Sequence record: LR756502.1
DNA length: 64,000 nt
Direction: 5' to 3' (one strand)
Part shown: positions 36,502-45,275 of the stretch, piece by piece
Layout: each line of letters starts with the position of its first letter
How positions within the stretch are numbered: the stretch's first letter is position 1
Translations under genes and position numbers: made by a program
Notes under the pieces: model-generated
The model's input: the letters and a program-made list of their open reading frames with translations, nothing else
Databases searched by the model: none
What the model was told of the DNA's origin: nothing

Positions 36502-37186
36502 CTTGTTTTTGTAGTATCTTATATATCAAGTATGCGTCATTAACATCTTCATATGGTTTTGGTATTGTTAAGATTGAAACAACATCACTCTTAGATAGTT
36601 TACAATGTTTTGACCAAGAATCATTGAATTCATTATTTTCGACAATCGCCATAAACATGTGATTTTTCTTAAAAGATCCACCTGATATCCCTTCATTATT
36701 CTTAAATACTAACTTAGGCTTTTTCTTACCAATGTCTATTGGGGTATATGATAGTTTACAAGTCTCTAGCTTCAATGTTGATGGTGATAGCACCGTTATA
36801 TCCTGTGTTAATTGGTCCCATAGTTTCTTTCTCAATAAAGTTGAAAACGTAACAAGATCAATGATATCCCCTGCTGAACTAGCAAAACTATATCCTTCGA
36901 TTCCAACTTTTGTTGGCTTTGTGTGATCGATATTATCAAATATATCCTTTAGAATCATATCTGATATAGTATCATAGTCTTTTAGCTTTGTCAACTCTCC
37001 CTCTGAGTAGTCTTTGAAATCACGAAATTCTATAAATCGGTAGGTGATGTGTTCTTCGGCCATCTTAAACCACTTAGTCATTCCGGTCTTACCGTATACT
37101 TTAGATTCTCTACAGTAGTTGAAAATCTTTCCATTAACTACAAGAGCTGTTGATATTAAACTTGGATCTAACGCGATTATATTCAT
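36488..37186 (-). CDS. RuvC-like Holliday junction resolvase
   Basis: IIALDPSL, GIEGYSF, SPSTLK, EDVNDAY acidic tetrad. Confidence 0.8.
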   Translation of the reverse strand: MNIIALDPSLISTALVVNGKIFNYCRESKVYGKTGMTKWFKMAEEHITYRFIEFRDFKDYSEGELTKLKDYDTISDMILKDIFDNIDHTKPTKVGIEGYSFASSAGDIIDLVTFSTLLRKKLWDQLTQDITVLSPSTLKLETCKLSYTPIDIGKKKPKLVFKNNEGISGGSFKKNHMFMAIVENNEFNDSWSKHCKLSKSDVVSILTIPKPYEDVNDAYLIYKILQKQETQS

Positions 37187-37216
37187 ATCACTATCTATTA
37201 AATATTATCTGCTTCT

Positions 37217-37708
37217 TTAAACGAAATTGCTTGTATTCAATGGGAGTCTTGATATCCTAATAATCATCTCTTGTCCATTTGTTGCATACCTTGATATTGA
37301 TGAGTTAAATCTATAATTTTTTAATGTGTTTAGATTATCCATTATGTCCTTCCAGTAGTCATTAATTTCGTCTAATGATATTGCGTACCCGTTTCTACTA
37401 AAGCCTGATGCACACTCTTCTCTTCTCTTAATACAATACCTTGAGAACTCTATGGTGACCTTATATTTGTCTCCAACTCCGGGAGAGCTATATTCTCTCT
37501 CGGTTCTTACCGACTCTATATAATTGGAATCAGCCAATGGTGACATAATATCCTCTATTAAAGTTTTATCTTCCTGTCTTCTAAGCGCTTCTTCCTCTAA
37601 AGTTTTATCTTCCTGTCTTATAAGCGCTTCTTCTTGTGCATCTTTCAATATTTTTTCAGCTGTATCAGTAACTGATTCAAATAGTCTATATCCCTTGATA
37701 TGTTTCAT
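37217..37708 (-). CDS. Hypothetical protein, CTS-like N-terminus
   Basis: MKHIKGYRLFES; contains a 13-aa duplication. Confidence 0.75.
   Translation of the reverse strand: MKHIKGYRLFESVTDTAEKILKDAQEEALIRQEDKTLEEEALRRQEDKTLIEDIMSPLADSNYIESVRTEREYSSPGVGDKYKVTIEFSRYCIKRREECASGFSRNGYAISLDEINDYWKDIMDNLNTLKNYRFNSSISRYATNGQEMIIRISRLPLNTSNFV
37559..37636. repeat. 39-bp near-perfect tandem duplication
   Basis: TAAAGTTTTATCTTCCTGTCTT(C/A)TAAGCGCTTCTTC x2, encoding EEAL(I/R)RQEDKTL. Confidence 0.9.
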
Positions 37709-37716
37709 AATAAAAG

Positions 37717-37725
37717 TATATATTA
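37717..37725 (-). promoter_or_regulatory. Putative late promoter TAATATATA
   Basis: Upstream of 37708. Confidence 0.7.
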
Positions 37726-37726
37726 A

Positions 37727-37758
37727 TTTGTGGATCTCGTATATTTTCCTTATATTTG
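37727..37758 (+). promoter_or_regulatory. Bacteroidota primary-sigma promoter
   Basis: TTTG-N20-TATATTTG. Confidence 0.85.
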
Positions 37759-37785
37759 TATATTAAACCACTAAAACTATTCACT

Positions 37786-38253
37786 ATGATTGGACATCCT
37801 ATTAAACATATCGATGCTTTTGACTTCATCTTGGCGGGTAAGGCCATAGTAACTTTTCTAAATACACAAACTGATAATAGATTTACTTATAGGGTTAAGA
37901 AGGCTAAAGAGGGTGATATATTCTTTGTTAGTGTACTAACTAACCCGGAAATATACCAATATGTTGGTACTATGACAAATGGGTTATTTAGACTTGGTAA
38001 AAAATCTAAGATATCTGGAGATGCTCAATCCATTAAGGTGTTTGATTATGTTACTAAAAAATTAAAGTCTGGTTCATTGCCTAATTTTATTGAAATTTGG
38101 CACGAAGGTCGTTGTGGTCGTTGTGGTAAATCTCTTACTGTACCAGACTCTATTAAATCTGGGTTGGGCCCAGAGTGTATTAAATTGACTTTAAGTCCAG
38201 AGAAACTTAAACAAATGAGAAGAGATAAAAAACTTAAAACTATACTTGGATAA
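37786..38253 (+). CDS. DUF6011-like zinc-binding protein with C-terminal tail
   Basis: HEGRCGRCGKSLTVPDSIKSGLGPEC; ends RRDKKLKTILG; start moved downstream of the promoter. Confidence 0.8.
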   Translation: MIGHPIKHIDAFDFILAGKAIVTFLNTQTDNRFTYRVKKAKEGDIFFVSVLTNPEIYQYVGTMTNGLFRLGKKSKISGDAQSIKVFDYVTKKLKSGSLPNFIEIWHEGRCGRCGKSLTVPDSIKSGLGPECIKLTLSPEKLKQMRRDKKLKTILG

Positions 38254-38722
38254 TATGACATTAATTTCATTTATTTCCGCATTAACTCCATTTATATTCA
38301 TTGGATATTGGTACTATCTACAAAAGAGGAGAGAGAATATATCATTTGATATTAGATTTGGATTAAGATGTTATTCCTGTAAGGAAAAAAATGGATTTGA
38401 TATATCCTCTAGATTTGTAAATAATGATATTGTTGAGAAATTGGAGATATGTAAGTCTTGTGAAAGAGAAGAGAGACTAAATATACTATTTAAAAGAAGA
38501 TTAAACATTAATCGCATAAAGAGATTTCTAATTTCTAATAAGTCAAGAAAGGTACAAGGAATACTATTGGTTATGATAGTATCGTGTGTTGTTATTGATA
38601 TAACAATGTTATTTACTATAAAGGTGCGTGGGTTTGGTCTTTTGTCTAATCTTATTAGTATAGTATTTTGGGTTTGTTTTATTGGTAGATTTATTGTTAC
38701 TTCAATAAAAAAACCCAAATAA
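38246..38722 (+). CDS. Membrane protein with CxxC pairs
   Basis: N- and C-terminal TM segments; CYSC, CKSC. Confidence 0.7.
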   Translation: MDNMTLISFISALTPFIFIGYWYYLQKRRENISFDIRFGLRCYSCKEKNGFDISSRFVNNDIVEKLEICKSCEREERLNILFKRRLNINRIKRFLISNKSRKVQGILLVMIVSCVVIDITMLFTIKVRGFGLLSNLISIVFWVCFIGRFIVTSIKKPK

Positions 38723-38800
38723 TTTCTTATTTGGGTTTTAGGGTCGTTTGATTTCTCATTCGTTTCCACCACCTATTTTTTCTAAAATAGGAAAATCCTC
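38707..38800 (-). ncRNA. Candidate small RNA (about 94 nt)
   Basis: Own AAAC..TATAA promoter-like site (38806-38831), internal CCTATTTT/AAAATAGG hairpin, U7 terminator; only a 10-codon ORF. Confidence 0.35.
38710..38739. terminator. Bidirectional intrinsic terminator
   Basis: AAAACCCAAATAA-TTTC-TTATTTGGGTTTT. Confidence 0.85.
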
Positions 38801-38822
38801 CGTTATTATATAAAATGTGTTA

Positions 38823-39035
38823 TTAAAGTTTATTTGACTTTTTAACTTCTATATAATTAACTACTCCTCGAATAAATAACTCTTTTATTACAGATTCACA
38901 GCTATATGTCTTGTCAAAGTAAAATTCTATGTTATCGCTAACATTTTTCATACCAGCATTATATAGATCTTCCGCGGAAATGTTTCTGCTGTCAATGTTC
39001 CTTTCCCTTAAAAATTCAAATAGTCTATATTTCAT
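38823..39035 (-). CDS. Hypothetical protein, CTS-like N-terminus
   Basis: MKYRLFEFLRE; ATGA coupling. Confidence 0.65.
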   Translation of the reverse strand: MKYRLFEFLRERNIDSRNISAEDLYNAGMKNVSDNIEFYFDKTYSCESVIKELFIRGVVNYIEVKKSNKL

Positions 39036-39760
39036 TCCTTTTCAATAATTTTTATTTTATCAGGTGGAATATTATCCAATGTATAATATCCATTTTTGTA
39101 ATTTGGATCTGAATATAGTATAATATTTAATTCCTTAGTATCTACTTCATATATTATCCACTTATCATTTATAGTAAATTTATTATTTCCCCACTTTTTG
39201 GATGAGTAAAATGATTTCATTTGTGGTATAAGTAATTTACAATCTTCTAATGATGGACACAGATATATTCTATCTGGGTGTATTGTTAATTTTGATTTAT
39301 TTTTGGGATGAAGTCCAGATTTTTTTATTTGATTTTCAAATTGTTTAATTGTCAAATGAAATAATTTATTTGGAATATCTTTTTTTATGTCAAATTTTGA
39401 TTCGAATTTTATTTTAATATTTTTAAAATACATGCTCCTATCTAGTAGATAATTTCTATCATATGTTAGTGTATTTTTCATTCCACTTAAATCTGTTATT
39501 TCCATAGAAGATGGAAACCAACCATTCATATTAATAAAAAGCGATTCAATACAATCAAAGATATTAGATAGATTGTTTATTTTATTAAACCAGTCTATCT
39601 CCAATTCAATTGTATTATCCAAATCATTGTATTTAATATTATAAATTATTTTAAGAGGGTTTAGGAAAATTCCACACTTTTGTGTGAAGAATTTTCCATC
39701 TGTTGTTTTTATTAAACCCTCATTTAGTAAATTTATAAATTTTCCAAAGCTATATATCAT
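39032..39760 (-). CDS. ADP-ribosyltransferase-fold (Tpt1/KptA-like) C-terminal domain protein, CTS-like N-terminus
   Basis: LFHLT..IKKSGLHP..RIYLC..IYEVD..YTLDNIPP; MIYSFGKFINLLNE. Confidence 0.6.
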   Translation of the reverse strand: MIYSFGKFINLLNEGLIKTTDGKFFTQKCGIFLNPLKIIYNIKYNDLDNTIELEIDWFNKINNLSNIFDCIESLFINMNGWFPSSMEITDLSGMKNTLTYDRNYLLDRSMYFKNIKIKFESKFDIKKDIPNKLFHLTIKQFENQIKKSGLHPKNKSKLTIHPDRIYLCPSLEDCKLLIPQMKSFYSSKKWGNNKFTINDKWIIYEVDTKELNIILYSDPNYKNGYYTLDNIPPDKIKIIEKE

Positions 39761-39775
39761 AACCTATTTTATTTA

Positions 39776-41002
39776 TTAGCTGAATATGTCTTCAGCATCT
39801 GCACTATCAACAAATCCGTCATTATCTTCATCGTCATCCATAATCTCACTGAACTTCTTTTCTACTTCCTCGATCTCATCTAGTGATTTGAATCTGAAAT
39901 AGTCATTTACAATTGGCTCCATTTTCTTAAGAACCTCCATTGTAAATACTTCTTGTTTGAATAGTTGCTTTGTCGGTACTGACTTATTTAAGTGATTAAC
40001 ATACCAACGATTTCCACCTGGTATAAATGTCATTTCGCCTGTTTTTTTATCAACATCCATTTTACCACAAGCGATTCCAATTTGATCGAAATACTCTGGT
40101 CTACAGAAAGCATCTAGTCCTGTATATGGGTTCATACCGTTTGCAAATGAAATCTCAAATCTAATCTTCTTAGGCTTGGCCATACGATTTTTTGCTGTTT
40201 TGAAAAGAACTGATATTCCACTAGCTCCTAAATCCATATCATCTTCGTCTCCTGTCTTTAACTTTGACTTACTCATGAATCCAATTACTGACGCTGAGTA
40301 TAACAATCCATTACCACCCTTTAACTTCTCAGTTGGGTATAGATCAAGAGAAAGATATGTATGGTTACAAACTATCATAGGTATATCAAGGAATCCAAGA
40401 TCAGTATTGATGCTTCTAAATAGTGATCCTAATGCTTTCGCCTTGGTCATATCTTGTTTAATATCTCCTTTTAATAAGTCATTCTTTTCTTTATTTGATG
40501 CCATCTGTCCAAGAGAATCCAATACAATCATTAGTTTAGGTAGCTCAAATCCGGCCATCTTTTGTTGCTTTAATTCATCTACTAACTGTGATAGAACCAT
40601 GTTAACATCTTCTACTTTATTAGATCTAATTAATCTAAATTTATCTAGAGAATTATCTATTCCAAATTTTGGTAAGTCTTCCAAATCTACTGCTTGTTCT
40701 GTGTCAATGTAGATAACAGAATATCCATCCTTCTGAGCATGTTTTGAAACTGAATAAGCTATAAATGACTTCCCTGCTCCTGACTCACCAGCGAATGCTG
40801 TAATTCTGTTTGTTGCAACTCCGCCTTTTAGTAATCTTCCTGATAGAGCAGCATCTAATAGATATACCCCTGTTGTGATAAACTTTTTCTCTCTAATTAC
40901 CTTTTCAATTTGAATTGGTACTGTCTTTGCAATATTATCCAAAATAGAACCAATTTTAGAAAATTCAAACTTTTTGACATCTTTTTTAACTTCTTTAGCC
41001 AT
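39776..41002 (-). CDS. uvsX: UvsX/RecA-like recombinase
   Basis: ITTG..LDAALSG, AGESGAGKS, YIDTE, VLDSLG, DMTKAK, CNHTY, GGNGLLYSAS. Confidence 0.92.
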   Translation of the reverse strand: MAKEVKKDVKKFEFSKIGSILDNIAKTVPIQIEKVIREKKFITTGVYLLDAALSGRLLKGGVATNRITAFAGESGAGKSFIAYSVSKHAQKDGYSVIYIDTEQAVDLEDLPKFGIDNSLDKFRLIRSNKVEDVNMVLSQLVDELKQQKMAGFELPKLMIVLDSLGQMASNKEKNDLLKGDIKQDMTKAKALGSLFRSINTDLGFLDIPMIVCNHTYLSLDLYPTEKLKGGNGLLYSASVIGFMSKSKLKTGDEDDMDLGASGISVLFKTAKNRMAKPKKIRFEISFANGMNPYTGLDAFCRPEYFDQIGIACGKMDVDKKTGEMTFIPGGNRWYVNHLNKSVPTKQLFKQEVFTMEVLKKMEPIVNDYFRFKSLDEIEEVEKKFSEIMDDDEDNDGFVDSADAEDIFS

Positions 41003-41039
41003 TTTATAAATTTATTTTTATACTTTATATATAAAAAAA

Positions 41040-41090
41040 TACATACCCTCCTACATATTATTTTAATTTATTTCCGAAGGAGGGTGTGTA
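41040..41090. repeat. 13-bp inverted repeat with 25-nt spacer in divergent intergenic region
   Basis: TACATACCCTCCT ... AGGAGGGTGTGTA (one G-T mismatch). Confidence 0.8.
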
Positions 41091-41110
41091 TAACTTTTTA
41101 TATATAGAAT

Positions 41111-41827
41111 ATGAAGAAATTAGAATTTCTAGATAAAGCAAGAAATACTCACGGTTATAAGTATAATTATATTGAATTACCTGAAAAAATAAAACTAACT
41201 GATAAGGTTAGTGTTGAATTTGGTGGTGAGATTTTTATACAAACTGTATCTAAGCATTTAATGGGTAGATGTCCAGAAAAGAAAGTAGATAAAAAAACAA
41301 CAAAGGATTTTATAATGGAATCTAAAAAAGTATGGGGTGGTAAGTATGACTACTCTCTTGTTGATTATAAAGGATCCTTAGATAATGTTAAAATAATATA
41401 TGATGGTGTTGTCTATGAACAAAGAGCATCTTCTCATTTAGAAGGAATGGCTCCAGAGTTTAGGAAAACAGAAGACTCAATAATAAGAGATAGTATAAGA
41501 GAAAGTAATTCTATTGGAGAAAATGAGATATCTAAGTTTTTAGATAAGTATAAATTGACTTATAATAAAAAACATAAAATAGATAATATTGAATTTAATT
41601 TCTTCTTACCATCGATTAGAACTTTTATAGAATATGATGGAATACAACATTTTCAAATTGTAAAAGAATATGGACAAGACTTTTTTGATAAAATAAAACT
41701 AACCGATAGATTAAAGGAAGACTATTGTGAAGATAATTACATTAGTTTAATTAGGATTAGATATGATGATGATATTTATAGAATTTTGTGGGATAATTTA
41801 AAACAACATATTAAGAAATCTATTTAA
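41111..41827 (+). mobile_element. Free-standing putative homing endonuclease (DUF559/Vsr-like PD-(D/E)xK domain with N-terminal repeats)
   Basis: Two repeats (THGYKYNY / VWGGKYDYSLVDY); FFLPS..FIEYDGIQHF; LIRIRY. Confidence 0.7.
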
Positions 41828-42089
41828 TATTTGTCTCTGGATATGATTCTAAAGTAAATTCTAGATCTTCTTCTGGTAGTTGCATATTAATGTGAGCTTT
41901 TTCTAAGGCTTTTCTAACATGAAATTTTGCGAACTCAACCATTGCTTCTTTTACATCATCTCTCTCATATGCCGTTCCAGTTGAGCTTGGAGCATCTTCA
42001 AAAAATACTACTTGATATTTTGATAATATGCTATCTGAATCTATAGTTGGTGTAGTTGATTCATTTATTTTGTCACTAAACCTTTTCAT
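41820..42089 (-). CDS. Hypothetical protein, CTS-like N-terminus
   Basis: MKRFSDKINES. Confidence 0.7.
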   Translation of the reverse strand: MKRFSDKINESTTPTIDSDSILSKYQVVFFEDAPSSTGTAYERDDVKEAMVEFAKFHVRKALEKAHINMQLPEEDLEFTLESYPETNIK

Positions 42090-42526
42090 TATTTATTAAG
42101 TATTTTTTCGATATCTTCTCTTTGCTTACCAGTTAGAGCTATATCTTTAGCATCTTTAGCAACACCATCTACTACTTCAATAAATGCGTATGTCTTTTGA
42201 CCTCTCTTTTCAATTCTTATTTGTTTACCAGATTTAGATTCGTTTATTTTCAAGGATTCATTTTCCTCATCACTTCCAATTGGGTCTCTATCCATTTCCT
42301 CTGGAAAGTATTGTTTAAGTATATTGATTGTTAGTAGGTCATCTTCCCAATACCATAGCTCGGTATCATATAATGCGACCTTTTGATCACTTATTAGCTT
42401 ACTTAGTATTGGCTCTTCTGAAAAATACCCGGCTTCTTCTTGTTCTAGTGATATTCTAACTGATCCAATTTCTCCTTCTCCAGGTATAACTGATTCATTT
42501 ATAAATTGGTTCCATTTTTTAATCAT
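42089..42526 (-). CDS. Hypothetical protein, CTS-like N-terminus
   Basis: MIKKWNQFINES; a second LKINES internally. Confidence 0.75.
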   Translation of the reverse strand: MIKKWNQFINESVIPGEGEIGSVRISLEQEEAGYFSEEPILSKLISDQKVALYDTELWYWEDDLLTINILKQYFPEEMDRDPIGSDEENESLKINESKSGKQIRIEKRGQKTYAFIEVVDGVAKDAKDIALTGKQREDIEKILNK

Positions 42527-42771
42527 ATCAGTCCTTCTTTTTTTAATAAGTTAATTATATCTTTAGTGGCTAAGTCAATGGACTTACTATCTATTTGTTC
42601 ATCACCTCTACTACATTCTGAACACCAATCACCATAAGGTACATTAGTAATCTCAATGTTGTTTGAAATCATATCTCTTATCTTATTTTCCAATAATTCC
42701 TCTTTAGATGGTTCGAAGTCTGGATCACTTCTACCTATTAATCCTTCATCAAATTTCTTCAAATGATTCAT
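42523..42771 (-). CDS. Hypothetical protein, CTS-like N-terminus
   Basis: MNHLKKFDEG; CSEC; TAATATATA 4 nt upstream. Confidence 0.7.
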   Translation of the reverse strand: MNHLKKFDEGLIGRSDPDFEPSKEELLENKIRDMISNNIEITNVPYGDWCSECSRGDEQIDSKSIDLATKDIINLLKKEGLI

Positions 42772-42775
42772 AAAC

Positions 42776-42784
42776 TATATATTA
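42776..42784 (-). promoter_or_regulatory. Putative late promoter TAATATATA
   Basis: 4 nt before ATG 42771. Confidence 0.7.
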
Positions 42785-42820
42785 TTTTTAATTATCGAAT
42801 ATTTTTACTAAATTTGTAAA

Positions 42821-43153
42821 ATGGTTAAAATTATATATTTTGCAACTCCTTACTCACATGATGTTAAATCGGTTGTTGATGATAGGTATTTAAGAACAGC
42901 TAATAAGGTGGCTGAGTTAGTTTCTGAAGGGAATGTTGTTATATCCCCAATTTTCTATGGACATAATCTACTAAACTATAAAGAAATGCCAGGTGACTGG
43001 ACTTTCTGGAAAAATTTCTGCGAATCATTCTTATATAAGTCTGATGAGCTATGGGTTTATATGATTGATGGTTGGGATAAGTCAACTGGTGTACTTGCTG
43101 AAATTGAATTAGCTAAGAAGTTAAATCTCCCTATAAAGTATTTAGAGGTATAA
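42821..43153 (+). CDS. DUF1937 (nucleoside deoxyribosyltransferase-like fold) protein
   Basis: YFATPYSH, SPIFYGH, DELWV..GWDKSTGVLAEIELA. Confidence 0.8.
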   Translation: MVKIIYFATPYSHDVKSVVDDRYLRTANKVAELVSEGNVVISPIFYGHNLLNYKEMPGDWTFWKNFCESFLYKSDELWVYMIDGWDKSTGVLAEIELAKKLNLPIKYLEV

Positions 43154-43173
43154 AATGGAGGTTTTAATAGATA

Positions 43174-43205
43174 TTTGTTATTTATTAAAAAAATTACTAT
43201 ATTTG
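43174..43205 (+). promoter_or_regulatory. Bacteroidota primary-sigma promoter
   Basis: TTTG-N20-TATATTTG, 5 nt before ATG 43211. Confidence 0.85.
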
Positions 43206-43210
43206 TAAAT

Positions 43211-43840
43211 ATGAAATTTGAAAAACAAAATATATTCTTCGCTTCTGATCTACACGTTAGTCACGCTAAAGTAATTGAATATGATAAGCGACCATTTGCT
43301 GATGTGGATGAAATGCACATTGAACTAATAAAGAGGTGGAACTCTGTTGTTGGTCCGGATGATCTTGTGTTCTACCTTGGTGATTTTTCTATGGGTAGTA
43401 ATGAGACAGCTAAGTGGATGGCTCACTCATTAGCGGGTAAGATTCACTTTATAATGGGTAACCACGACAGAATGAAGGATATTATTAAACTTGATAGATT
43501 TGAGTCTATACATCCATATGGTTGTGAGATTTGGGTTAAGGATGATGAATCTGCTATACCTCAGAGAGATAGCAAAAAAACTAAAAAGAAAGATGGATAT
43601 CAGCAAATAATTTTATCACATTATCCAATATTGAGTTGGAATAGAGCACATCATGGATCATACCACCTACATGGACACTGTCATGGTAGTATGATGGTTA
43701 ATATGCCAGAGTATTATGATAGAAATGTTTTGGATGTTGGTATGAAGTGTATTGATTACACTCCTATATCATATACTGAAGTAAGGGAAATAATGAGTAA
43801 GAAAAAGGGGTCTAAATCAAAAATTGATCATCACGCATAA
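43211..43840 (+). CDS. Calcineurin-like metallophosphoesterase
   Basis: FASDLH, YLGDF, MGNHD, LSHYP, HLHGHCH, DVGM. Confidence 0.9.
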   Translation: MKFEKQNIFFASDLHVSHAKVIEYDKRPFADVDEMHIELIKRWNSVVGPDDLVFYLGDFSMGSNETAKWMAHSLAGKIHFIMGNHDRMKDIIKLDRFESIHPYGCEIWVKDDESAIPQRDSKKTKKKDGYQQIILSHYPILSWNRAHHGSYHLHGHCHGSMMVNMPEYYDRNVLDVGMKCIDYTPISYTEVREIMSKKKGSKSKIDHHA

Positions 43841-44166
43841 TGTATATAGAAGGAATAAATGAAAAGTGGCGCCAACCTTTCCTTGAGGCTTTGGTTCAAA
43901 TTGAGGTTTGTGGGTTTGATATAACTCACAGATATGATAATGGCTTCCCAATGCTTATTGGAGGCACAGAATTATATGCTAGAAAGGGTGACTTTCTTAT
44001 GTGTTATAGTTTAGTAAACTCTTTATTAACAATTGCTGAAAGTAGAGATGTTCTAATTAATTGGGATATTGATACTTTTGTCTGTAAATGGCTAGAAACA
44101 GACAACCTATCAGTTGATACAAATAGACAAATATATAAGTATGAGAGATGTAAAGGGGTTTTGTAA
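43840..44166 (+). CDS. Hypothetical protein
   Basis: TAATG coupling; 108 aa. Confidence 0.65.
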   Translation: MYIEGINEKWRQPFLEALVQIEVCGFDITHRYDNGFPMLIGGTELYARKGDFLMCYSLVNSLLTIAESRDVLINWDIDTFVCKWLETDNLSVDTNRQIYKYERCKGVL

Positions 44167-45022
44167 GATTTTTGACATAAGTGTTCCTGATTATGATCAC
44201 TTTGATTACTATATTGACCAATTATCAAGATTGGCTAGACATAGTGATATTAAGGAACTTATATCTCTATATGAGAAAGCTGAGGATGATTTGGGTGATC
44301 TTTATGAGTATCGAATGAGAAAGTCTTCTGAAATAATTGAGTTTCTTCAAAGTACTCGAGCATATAATGATATATCATTGGATAATCTTATAAAGGATTA
44401 TCCAGTCACAAAGACATTTCAGTATGTTGGTGGTAAAAAATATCTATCAATAGATATTAGAAAGGCAAACTGGACCGTATTAAAAAGTTATGACCCACCA
44501 TTTGTAAGTGAGTTGCCAGATAACTATGAGGATCTTTTGGATAAATTTGGTATGCCAGAAGTATTTAAGAGATCTAAATCACTCAGACAATACATATTTG
44601 GTAATATAAACCCAAGAAAACAGGCAAAGGCACAGAGAGTTATAATACAGGAGGTAATTCAAAAGTTTAGTGACTTAAGTGAAGTTACACTTGAATGTAT
44701 GAAGAATGATGAGGTAATCTATTCATACACTGATATTGATTATTTAACAGATAAAATTCTAAGTAAAATTGATATATCAAGGTTTAGAATTAAACTTTTT
44801 GGTGTAGAGAAAGTGGAAGATTTTCGGATAGATTCAATAATGGATACCTCTGAGAATGTTATTTATAGAGAAATGGTTGGATGTAATGGGAATAGATTCT
44901 TTTTACTATTAAAGAAGTATATTTTCAATGAACCATTTGATATAAGGGACTTATATTTTAGAATGGATGGCAATATTGCAATTTGGAAATTAGATGGACT
45001 TGAACTAAAATTGAATGTATAA
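44141..45022 (+). CDS. Hypothetical protein with polymerase-palm-like motifs
   Basis: YLSIDIRKAN, LRQYIFG, KNDEVIY; start moved to ATG 44141. Confidence 0.65.
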   Translation: MRDVKGFCKIFDISVPDYDHFDYYIDQLSRLARHSDIKELISLYEKAEDDLGDLYEYRMRKSSEIIEFLQSTRAYNDISLDNLIKDYPVTKTFQYVGGKKYLSIDIRKANWTVLKSYDPPFVSELPDNYEDLLDKFGMPEVFKRSKSLRQYIFGNINPRKQAKAQRVIIQEVIQKFSDLSEVTLECMKNDEVIYSYTDIDYLTDKILSKIDISRFRIKLFGVEKVEDFRIDSIMDTSENVIYREMVGCNGNRFFLLLKKYIFNEPFDIRDLYFRMDGNIAIWKLDGLELKLNV

Positions 45023-45275
45023 GATTGATATTTATATAAATGGTGGTCTTTTTAAAAGTATTGATACTGTTGAAAAGATAACAAACTTATCTAGTGCTAA
45101 GTATGTTGCTCATGACTTTATGAGAGATAACTTTAAAGGATATGTGGTTAATGAAGTATCCATATCTTTTTTTGAGTGTGATGATGGGACAAATAGAACA
45201 AAAATAAAAATAAAATCTAAAGATTTATCTAGAGATATTATACTATCCGCTATATTAAAAAATGGAGTTATTTGA
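45015..45275 (+). CDS. Hypothetical protein with C-terminal tail variant
   Basis: Ends SRDIILSAILKNGVI. Confidence 0.65.
   Translation: MYKIDIYINGGLFKSIDTVEKITNLSSAKYVAHDFMRDNFKGYVVNEVSISFFECDDGTNRTKIKIKSKDLSRDIILSAILKNGVI

Noticed and set aside
38371-38772. 133-aa minus-strand ORF starting in the candidate sRNA
   Set aside because: It runs through a strong U7 terminator and antisense to 38246..38722.
41078-41083. AGGAGG as Shine-Dalgarno for 41111
   Set aside because: About 27 nt from the ATG and part of an inverted repeat; SD motifs are generally absent in this window.
44141-45022. As the missing C-terminal half of the split PolB
   Set aside because: No KxxxNSxYG or YGDTDS, and it has its own motif-A-like segment.
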